Shown here in pieces: positions 54,841 through 62,436 of a DNA stretch of 64,000 nt. Each line of letters opens with the position of its first letter. The stretch's first letter is position 1. Source of the DNA: Thermodesulfobacteriota bacterium (GTDB taxonomy: Bacteria > Desulfobacterota > Desulfarculia > JACQYL01); NCBI GenBank assembly GCA_963675595.2, contig CAXXLZ010000002.1:3840001-3904000 (forward strand). The letters are read 5' to 3'. The translations under genes were made by a program, and so were the position numbers. The notes beneath the pieces were generated by a model. It did no database searches and was not told the origin of the DNA. It was given only the letters and a program-made list of their open reading frames with translations.

Positions 54841-56292
54841 TTAATGGTCGCCTTCGAACGGCTCTCCTCGAAGCAGGGCCTGTTCCGCCAGTGCGAGCTG
54901 TCTGCCGATGTACATGGCGTGATTGGTGTCGGATACCGCTTCGTCCAGAATGATCTGGTGTTGAATCTTCTCCGCCCGACGTCCTCGATATTCTTTTAAG
55001 GTGACGTTGTTGAACATGTGCTTGGCCACGATCCGGTCTTCTTCCACGGTGATCCTGAAATAGCCGTGGGGATCCTCCCTCAGGCGGTGTTTTCGTGATG
55101 CGGCGATTTGCAGCGCTTTCTCGTACTTCATACCGTGGGAAGGGTCCATGCTGATGGAATGACTGAATACGGTCAAGTTCCCTTTGGGGAGGTCGGCGAG
55201 TGCACACACTTTATCCAGCGCGGCCGTGAGGCCGTAGACGTTCATGAGCCAGGCGTCGATGGCGTTGTGTGTTCGATACAGGGCTGTGAGGTTGAGCTTG
55301 CCTTCGGACAGACGGAAAAAAACCGTAACCAGGCAGGGATTCGCTTTCCGCTCCCGAAAATCCGAGGCGGTGTCCCATAGAGAAATGAATTGATGACGGT
55401 TTTCCGGGTCCTCCGACAAGCGTCGAGCGGCCAGATTCAAGGTATCGCAGCCGAAGTAAGCCCCCAACCGGTTTCCGTAGGTGTATTCGATCAGAGGAGG
55501 CAACTCCGCATTCAGCATATCCTCCCGATATTTTCGGAAAGCCTCCGGGTCGAGCCCCAAAGCCTCCAACGTTGCGTCCGGTTCGGGGGTTGGATCGAGC
55601 ACGGCGACCTTGAGATTCTGTAATTCCTTTCGCACTCCCTTCCGGAGCTCCACCTTCCGTCCGAATCTCGAAAGCTTGAAAAGAACCTCTTTCCAGGCGG
55701 CCGACGGAGTCTGCTCGACGATGCAATGTCCTCCCGGCAGGCTCGGGAAGTGACCAATGGGGATCTCCTTGGCGGGCAGCTCGATACGGTCCGACTCGCG
55801 GGATTCGATTGGGCTTTGTTTGGGAAGCTCTCGGAAATAAGCGTGCAGCGCCGCGATGGACTCGGCGGTGGTCAGGGATCCGATGTGGTCGATGGAGGGC
55901 GGGCTTGAAAACAGTCCGGGGTGCAGCAGGTCGTCCATCACGGCCCGGGTTCCGCGGATCTTGTGGACGGTAACTCCGAGAAAATCCGCCTCTTCGACGC
56001 CGTGGGTAAAAAAACGTCGGAGCTCAACCAGGGAAGAGGAGCGGTTTCTTCCGCAAACGAGCAGTTGAGTCAGTTGGGGGTTGTATAGCAGGTTTCTCAG
56101 GAGTTGGGGCAGCCCATTGCCGTACAACGTGCCCAGAACCGCCACGGGGGAGTCCGAGCCCAGAGGAATTCCCTCTGCTCGGAGAATTTCCAGAACCTTG
56201 GCGGGCCTGGACCATAGAGTGATCACCCCCAAGAAGGCGGAGTCGTTGATCACGAGCAGCTTGTCTCGATAATACAGGGGGAGGAACTTCAT
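54841..56292 (-). CDS. Thymidylate synthase-like protein with N-terminal MtrA-like and C-terminal DUF4346-like domains
   Basis: ITLWS/GTLYGNG/RNLLYNP/LVCG (MtrA-like); YTYGNRL, ISLWD, NPCL, YRTHN...AWLMN (ThyA-like); DPHGYF...HAMYIGRQL (DUF4346-like). Confidence 0.75.
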   Translation of the reverse strand: MKFLPLYYRDKLLVINDSAFLGVITLWSRPAKVLEILRAEGIPLGSDSPVAVLGTLYGNGLPQLLRNLLYNPQLTQLLVCGRNRSSSLVELRRFFTHGVEEADFLGVTVHKIRGTRAVMDDLLHPGLFSSPPSIDHIGSLTTAESIAALHAYFRELPKQSPIESRESDRIELPAKEIPIGHFPSLPGGHCIVEQTPSAAWKEVLFKLSRFGRKVELRKGVRKELQNLKVAVLDPTPEPDATLEALGLDPEAFRKYREDMLNAELPPLIEYTYGNRLGAYFGCDTLNLAARRLSEDPENRHQFISLWDTASDFRERKANPCLVTVFFRLSEGKLNLTALYRTHNAIDAWLMNVYGLTAALDKVCALADLPKGNLTVFSHSISMDPSHGMKYEKALQIAASRKHRLREDPHGYFRITVEEDRIVAKHMFNNVTLKEYRGRRAEKIQHQIILDEAVSDTNHAMYIGRQLALAEQALLRGEPFEGDH

Positions 56293-56294
56293 GT

Positions 56295-56906
56295 TCAGGG
56301 GTTCTTTTCGAAATTGCCCCGCGGTCCTCCAACGTTTTGAAAGGCGGAATTGAAGTCTCTGTAGAGGCGTTTATTGAATTGAATCCGATGCCATTTCTTC
56401 ACGTAACCCGCAGGAATGTCTTCTCGGATTTCCAGTTTGTCCCAACCGCCGGGGATGGGGAAGGCGTAGTAGGGCAGATGTCGGGGAACACCTCGGACGT
56501 AAATCACCTGGGGGATCTTCCACTCCAGGTACGAGAGGTAGACTCGGTGCATGCCGTCGTTAACCAGCAGATGTACGGAGCCGTCGTCCTCGAAGGATTC
56601 CTCGATGACGGGCGGAAGCAGGTCCACGGGTTGTTCGAAGCCTTCCAACGTCAGACGGACGAACCCGTTCAGGCGAAAGAGATCAACACCGTGTTCCTCG
56701 AGGGCCCACTTGAGATTTCGGACTTTTTCCAGTTCGGTACGGAGGAGATAATACTGGGGAGGGGAAAGATGCCGCGTATGAATCCGTTCGAGGCTGATCA
56801 GCGCGTCCCGATACACAAGGACTTCCGGGTCTTCCAGCATGCGGACCTCTTTCATGCGAGATACCAGATCGGTTTCGTTGAAACGTTCGACGTGCAGAAT
56901 GTTCAT
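56295..56906 (-). CDS. Hypothetical protein with ParB/Srx-like DGxHR motif
   Basis: LLPPVIEE...LLVNDGMHRVY; ATG at 56906 after GGAGG; stop lies 2 nt before the ThyA-like start. Confidence 0.7.
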   Translation of the reverse strand: MNILHVERFNETDLVSRMKEVRMLEDPEVLVYRDALISLERIHTRHLSPPQYYLLRTELEKVRNLKWALEEHGVDLFRLNGFVRLTLEGFEQPVDLLPPVIEESFEDDGSVHLLVNDGMHRVYLSYLEWKIPQVIYVRGVPRHLPYYAFPIPGGWDKLEIREDIPAGYVKKWHRIQFNKRLYRDFNSAFQNVGGPRGNFEKNP

Positions 56907-57153
56907 TGGGCCTCCGAAGTAGGATGAACGAAAAAAAGTGCGCGAAAGAGGAGGGCGGGAGTCCGACATCGGGAAGAGACGCCCGTACTCCACAGGCTTG
57001 AATGATCCGGACGTGAGCCCGGGTATCGGCCGGAATCTTTCAGACGAAGGAAAGCGGAGGGGGGCTTCCGGGGTGGGCGCCTTTGGAAGACGACGAAACG
57101 ACGGCTAGGCGCGGAGGATACGACCAACCCGGTTCAAAACCCGGACCTGTGAT

Positions 57154-57339
57154 TCATTCAGTGCCCGGTTCGCTTTCAATCTCGCGAAAATCGCAATCGT
57201 CGCAGCTCCAGCCGGACCACTTCTTGGCGATGGCATGGTCCAGGCAGTCCGAATAGTAAGGGCAATCGAAGTTGCGTTCGACCTCACCGCTCGCGGCGAT
57301 GGGTTTGCGAGCGAGGTACTGAGCCGTATCAATCACCAT
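57154..57339 (-). CDS. Four-cysteine microprotein A
   Basis: 61 aa, RNFDCPYYSDCLDHAIAKKWSGWSCDDC; GGAG upstream; motif shared with 57869..58096. Confidence 0.7.
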   Translation of the reverse strand: MVIDTAQYLARKPIAASGEVERNFDCPYYSDCLDHAIAKKWSGWSCDDCDFREIESEPGTE

Positions 57340-57868
57340 TTCTCGCCCACTCCAGAAAATAGGTTACATGTTGAGTCCCCAAGGAACGGCCGAACGGCCG
57401 TATCCCTATCCACCGAAAAGGTGCCCCTTTCTCTATCCGATTAGGAACGGACTTCGGGGCAGCCGCTTCGGAGTAGCTCGGCTTCTGGGCAATACCCCGC
57501 CTTGGAACGGAGTCTGCGAATTTAAGAATTCTCCGGACGCCGATGGAGATGTTCGATGACAAATCGTCTCACGATCTTCGACGAAACGCCATCGTCGGCT
57601 TGGATGGCTTGCTGTAATAATAGCCCAACGGCGTCATTTCTGGCAAGCCGGATCAACGTGGGTCTTCTTTTTTCGTGCGTTAGGCGGCAGGTTCTTGTAG
57701 AATTTAAGATAAGGTGAAAAGGGAGGGTTTCCAGGACGGTCCAGAGCCGTTCAAGGCGGAGAGCGGGTTTTGATCCGCAAGCGACCCCGGGACGGAGGAA
57801 TAGTTTTAAACCGACCGTTCATATCCGGGTCTATGAAGTTTGAATAATGAAACCCTTAGGAGATCACA

Positions 57869-58096
57869 ATGGCGACGGTCCACAAATTACCCCGGCCCAT
57901 CAAACGACTTGGGCACCGTAACGTTTTCTGCCGTCTGTACAACAGCTGCCTGGATTACGCGGTGGAAAAGAAGTGGCTCCATTTCGCCTGCCCCAAGACC
58001 TGCCCTTTGATCGAAGATCAGGGCGAAATGGCGGTTTCCCGGACCAGCAGCGCCTGCCAGTCCTATTCCATATCCAAATGGAAGGTGGAAGGCTAA
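57869..58096 (+). CDS. Four-cysteine microprotein B
   Basis: 75 aa, RNVFCRLYNSCLDYAVEKKWLHFACPKTC; AGGAG RBS. Confidence 0.75.
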   Translation: MATVHKLPRPIKRLGHRNVFCRLYNSCLDYAVEKKWLHFACPKTCPLIEDQGEMAVSRTSSACQSYSISKWKVEG

Positions 58097-58383
58097 GGAA
58101 GCGGAATATTTCATATCCTCAATAAGTCGGAAAGCGGGGTAGGCTATGCCTACCCTTTTTTTGTGCTTTTTTTAACAACGCGGACGTGCGACCCGTATTT
58201 ATTGGTTCGTCTCCTCGTCGTATTGACCCCTTTGCAGGGATTGACTTCGATTTTGATTGATACTATTGAAAAAACCGAATAGTGATGTCGGAAAGATGAA
58301 TCCCCCGTGCGGGCTTCTGCAGGGACGTGTGTGCCCGTGTAAGTACGCTTTAATATCCATACAAGATTTCGGGGAAGACTCCA

Positions 58384-59298
58384 ATGGATCTCAGAAAACT
58401 CGACGTTTTCAACAAAGTCTATGAATTGAGAAGCTTTTCCCGGGCGGGTGAGGAATCCTACCTGTCCCAACCCACGGTCAGTGGGCACATCAAATACCTT
58501 GAGGAGCTTCTTGAGGTCCGTTTGTTCGACCGGCTGGGCCGGGAAGTGCTGCCCACCAAGGCCGCGGAAGTGTTGTATAAGTTTTCCAAACGAATGGTTC
58601 AGCTCAGGGACGAGGCGTTCCAGTCGCTTCAAGAGTTCAGCGGCAAGATGCAGGGCGAAATTTTGGTGGGGGGAAGCACGATTCCCGGCAACTACATTCT
58701 GCCTCGTCTGATTTCCGCCTTTAATCGTCGGTATCCCGACGTGCGGGTCAATCTCCACGTGGCGGATACCCAAGAAATCATTCGCCGGATACTGGATATC
58801 CGGCTTGAGGTGGGAATGGTGGGAGCCCGCACCGAAGAAGAACGCGTTATGTACGTGCCTTTCATGCACGACGATCTGGTGCTTGTGACTCATCCGGATG
58901 GACCCCCTGAAAAAGGCCGAACCCTATCCGTCATGGATTTGGTTTCTTTGCCGTTTATCATGCGGGAACCGGGTTCCGGGACCAGGTTGAGCGCACGGAA
59001 GACCCTGGCTGCGGTGGGGCTGGATTTGGACGGGTTGCGCGTGGTCGCGGAATTCGGCAATACCGAAACGGTAAGGCAGGGTGTGAAAGCCGGTTTGGGC
59101 GTCTCGATTATTTCGGATCTCGCAGTAAGAGAGGATGTTCGAAACGGTTCTTTAAGAATCGTGCCCGTGGAGGGACTGCCCATCCGTCGGGAGTTCCACT
59201 TGGCCATTCATCGCCACCGGACTCAGTCGCCCATCGCTAGAGCGTTCTTGGCTTTCTGCCAAGGCATTGAACCCGACGGCCTATTTTGGGCTCAGTAA
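58384..59298 (+). CDS. LysR family transcriptional regulator (CysL/selenium-metabolism-associated type)
   Basis: SFSRAGEESYLSQPTVSGHIKYLEE HTH; GGSTIPGNYILP, REPGSGTR. Confidence 0.92.
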   Translation: MDLRKLDVFNKVYELRSFSRAGEESYLSQPTVSGHIKYLEELLEVRLFDRLGREVLPTKAAEVLYKFSKRMVQLRDEAFQSLQEFSGKMQGEILVGGSTIPGNYILPRLISAFNRRYPDVRVNLHVADTQEIIRRILDIRLEVGMVGARTEEERVMYVPFMHDDLVLVTHPDGPPEKGRTLSVMDLVSLPFIMREPGSGTRLSARKTLAAVGLDLDGLRVVAEFGNTETVRQGVKAGLGVSIISDLAVREDVRNGSLRIVPVEGLPIRREFHLAIHRHRTQSPIARAFLAFCQGIEPDGLFWAQ

Positions 59299-59802
59299 TT
59301 CTTCCGTGTGTCGTCCCAGCAAAGCGGTGGCTTCAGGGCCGATGTAGATGCGTTCAACCTTGCCCTCGCGATTGATGAGAAAAGTGATGGGGATGGCTCG
59401 AATTCGGTAATCTCTGACCACGTCCCTGTCGGCCCTCAGCACCGGATAGCGTACGCCGAAACGATCGACGCACTCTTGTATCCGCTCGTTGGCGACCTTG
59501 TCCAACGTGATGCTCAGCAGTACCGCTTCCTTGTTGCCGTAGGTGTCGAAGTACCGGTTCAGGTATGGAATTTCCGCTTTGCAGCCATGGCAGTAGGTCG
59601 CCCAGAAAGTGACCACCACGATTTTGCCCTTGAACTCGGAGAGGGTGACGGTCCGCCCCTTCAGGTCGGTCAGGCTGAAATCGGGCGCTTCGGAGCCTTT
59701 ACCCAGGGCTGCGGAGGCAGATCGCGGAAGGAGAGGGCAAAACAGGAAGCAAAAAAACAAGGCCGAAATAACCACAATATGGTATTGACGGAATTTTGCC
59801 AT
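59281..59802 (-). CDS. TlpA/ResA family thiol-disulfide oxidoreductase
   Basis: Signal/TM segment, APDFSLTDL, FWATYCHGC (CxxC), IPITFLINREG; the 3' end overlaps lysR convergently by 18 bp. Confidence 0.85.
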   Translation of the reverse strand: MAKFRQYHIVVISALFFCFLFCPLLPRSASAALGKGSEAPDFSLTDLKGRTVTLSEFKGKIVVVTFWATYCHGCKAEIPYLNRYFDTYGNKEAVLLSITLDKVANERIQECVDRFGVRYPVLRADRDVVRDYRIRAIPITFLINREGKVERIYIGPEATALLGRHTEELLSPK

Positions 59803-59896
59803 GCAAACAAATATAGCAGATCCATGAAGAGCATGGCAAAATAATTGCTTCATTCTTTTCCCCATCCGCCCGTGCGCGGTGTGAAAGGTCCCCGAC

Positions 59897-60934
59897 ATGT
59901 CTCATGTGTTCGTAAAAGACCTCAAACCGGGCGTCGGCATTCGGCAGTTCTTCGTCGTGCGCAAAGCGGAGTCGCGGACCACGGTCAAAGGGGATCCTTT
60001 CCTCAACCTCATCCTGGCGGATCGCACCGGAACAGTGAACGGAAAAGTCTGGTCCGACAATCTTCCCCTCCCCGAGCAGAACGTCCGAAAGGGAATTATT
60101 GCCGGAGTGCAGGGCAGGGTTGAGCTCTTTCAGGATGAACCGCAGATCAATGTCAAGTATATTGCCGACGTCGAGTTCCTGAAAGAGAGAGGCCGGGACA
60201 CGGCCGACCTGAATATGGAACACTTGTTGCTCTCCACACCGTTCGGCATCCGGGAAATGTGGGACGAGCTGCAGAATCTGGTTCGTGAGCACATAGAAGC
60301 GGAATCCCTCCGGAATCTCGTCTTGGAACTCCTCAACCGGAACGAAGAACGTTTTCGGGAAGCCCCGGCCGCCGTCCAATACCATCACGCTTATCGGGGA
60401 GGACTCCTCGAACATACTCTGAAAGTGCTGAGATATGCTCTGGCTTTGGCTGAGCAGGAACCCGACCTGGATCGAGATATCCTGGTGGCCGGCGCGGTCT
60501 TGCACGATGTAGGCAAGGTGAGGGAAATTCAAGGAACGATTTTTCCGGATCGTTCCGTGGAGGGACGTCTTTTGGGGCACTTGATGCTGGGCGGAGAAAT
60601 GGTACGGGAAGTCGCTCGGGATTTAAACATGGACCCACAGGAACCCCGTTTGCTTCACTTGCAGCACATCATTCTGAGCCATCACGGGGAACTTGAGTTC
60701 GGTTCGCCGGTGGTGGCAAAAAGCCGGGAAGCTTTGGTGGTCCATTTTCTGGACGATCTCAACGCCAAGCTCAAAATGATTGAGGAACACATCCGGGGAA
60801 CCAAGGAGGCGGGCGAATTTACCGATTATCACCGGGTGTTGCGACGCTCCTTCTATCGGGCCCCGAGGAGCGGACAAACGGACGACATTGAGGAACCGGA
60901 CCGTGGGCGGGAGGAATCATCCCCCGAGGACTGA
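59897..60934 (+). CDS. YhaM/Cbf1-like OB-fold + HD domain 3'-5' exoribonuclease
   Basis: LADRTG OB fold, PAAVQYHHAYRGGLLEH, LHDVGK, SHHGELEFGSP. Confidence 0.88.
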   Translation: MSHVFVKDLKPGVGIRQFFVVRKAESRTTVKGDPFLNLILADRTGTVNGKVWSDNLPLPEQNVRKGIIAGVQGRVELFQDEPQINVKYIADVEFLKERGRDTADLNMEHLLLSTPFGIREMWDELQNLVREHIEAESLRNLVLELLNRNEERFREAPAAVQYHHAYRGGLLEHTLKVLRYALALAEQEPDLDRDILVAGAVLHDVGKVREIQGTIFPDRSVEGRLLGHLMLGGEMVREVARDLNMDPQEPRLLHLQHIILSHHGELEFGSPVVAKSREALVVHFLDDLNAKLKMIEEHIRGTKEAGEFTDYHRVLRRSFYRAPRSGQTDDIEEPDRGREESSPED

Positions 60935-61063
60935 AGATTGCGTTGATTCCGAGTCCCGTTTTATCGAAGGCGAACAATCGAGGCCGGGAAGTGCCGTGGA
61001 GGAAACCTGGGTCATTGGAAAGGATTCCTTCAAGTTTTGAATATGCTACAAGGAGTCGGAAAG

Positions 61064-62323
61064 ATGTTTCGTGCGTGCATCCTATCACTGACGGCGGCGC
61101 TTGTGTTGTTTGCGCCTTGGAGCCGGTCCGCCGAATTGTGGGCCAAACCTTCCCCTTGTGAGTCCTGCCACGAACAGATCAGCCCCAAACTGGCGGAAGA
61201 TTTCAACCGATCGAAAATGGCGTCCAAGCTTACCTGTGCCGATTGCCACGGTTACCTGCACGAGGGCGCTGAAGACGCCGACCTGGCGGAGCTGCCCACC
61301 ATCGCAACCTGCCGGACCTGTCACAAGGACCAGGCGGGACAATACCTGGACGGGAAGCACGCCCTGGGGCTATTGGCCATGGAAACCATGCCTTTCACCC
61401 ACATGCAGCCCAGAGCCTTTGTGCAAGGGCGAAAAGGCTGCGGAGGATGCCACGCCATGGGCGTGAGCGACTCGGACGCCCGAGGCACGGATTCGCGAAG
61501 ATACTACAAATACGGCATGGACTGTCAGCAATGCCACACCCGCCACGCCTTCTCGAAAAAAGAGGCTTCCGAGCCCGAGGCCTGCCTGCCCTGTCACATG
61601 GGCTTCGACCACGCCCAGTGGGAAATGTGGTCCACCTCCAAACACGGGGTCACCTACCTGGTGAACCGGGCCTCGGATGCGGGAAATCCGGAACGCGCTC
61701 CCAAGTGTCAGACCTGTCACATGCCGGGAGGCAATCATCGGGTCTATTCCGCATGGGGCTTCTTGGCCGTGCGTATGCACGAGGACGATCCGGACTGGAT
61801 GGCGGACCGCGTAGTCATTCTCAAGGCCCTGGGCGTGCTCGATCCCGAAGGAAACCCACTCCCCAGGCTTGAAGCCGTCAAGCGCGCCAAAATGGTTCGG
61901 CTGGATCGGGAGTCGTTTGAGGAGGAGCGGGCCCGTTTCGTGCGTGTCTGCGAACAATGCCATTCCGGGAATTTTACGCAGGAAAACCTGAAGAACGCCG
62001 ATGAAATGCTTCGAGAGGCGGACCGACTTTTCGCCGAAGCCATCGATACCGTGGGAAACCTATACCGGAAGGGAATCATTCGGCCGAGGGAAGGACAACA
62101 GGCTTGGCCGGACGTATTGACGTTTTACGACGCCGGCACGGAAGTGGAGTACGTGCTTTACGAGATGTTCATGGATCACCGGATGAAAACCTATCAGGCT
62201 TCCTTCCACGCCAACCCCGACTTCGCCACATGGTACGGCTACGCCAAAATGAGAGGCGATTTGGCTGAAATCAAACGCCTCTCAGGGAAGATGATCCTGG
62301 AGAATCAGACGGAAAAACGATAG
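61064..62323 (+). CDS. Octaheme cytochrome c, hydroxylamine oxidoreductase family
   Basis: Signal peptide; 8 CxxCH motifs (CESCH, CADCH, CRTCH, CGGCH, CQQCH, CLPCH, CQTCH, CEQCH); CHTRHAFS, CHMGFDHAQWE, SKHG, HANPD. Confidence 0.88.
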   Translation: MFRACILSLTAALVLFAPWSRSAELWAKPSPCESCHEQISPKLAEDFNRSKMASKLTCADCHGYLHEGAEDADLAELPTIATCRTCHKDQAGQYLDGKHALGLLAMETMPFTHMQPRAFVQGRKGCGGCHAMGVSDSDARGTDSRRYYKYGMDCQQCHTRHAFSKKEASEPEACLPCHMGFDHAQWEMWSTSKHGVTYLVNRASDAGNPERAPKCQTCHMPGGNHRVYSAWGFLAVRMHEDDPDWMADRVVILKALGVLDPEGNPLPRLEAVKRAKMVRLDRESFEEERARFVRVCEQCHSGNFTQENLKNADEMLREADRLFAEAIDTVGNLYRKGIIRPREGQQAWPDVLTFYDAGTEVEYVLYEMFMDHRMKTYQASFHANPDFATWYGYAKMRGDLAEIKRLSGKMILENQTEKR

Positions 62324-62327
62324 CGGA

Positions 62328-62376
62328 GTTCCTTCGCGGGTGAATCCGCAGACTGCGGTTTCATCCGCGGAGGAAC
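62328..62376. terminator. Long imperfect hairpin between convergent genes
   Basis: gttccttcgcgggtgaatccgcag-a-ctgcggtttcatccgcggaggaac pairs almost throughout, with G:U pairs. Confidence 0.55.
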
Positions 62377-62436
62377 GGTTGCGCCGCAGGGAATACTTTC
62401 TCGATCAAGCCTTAATTATTTATTGTTTCCGACCGC

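Noticed and set aside
57340-57620. Long leader of microprotein A as a possible c-di-GMP riboswitch
   Set aside because: Canonical GEMM features were not found; only a possible TTGCCA-N18-TATTAT promoter is visible
58262-58283. actatt-N10-aatagt inverted repeat upstream of lysR
   Set aside because: 6-bp arms in AT-rich DNA are too weak to call an operator without comparative data
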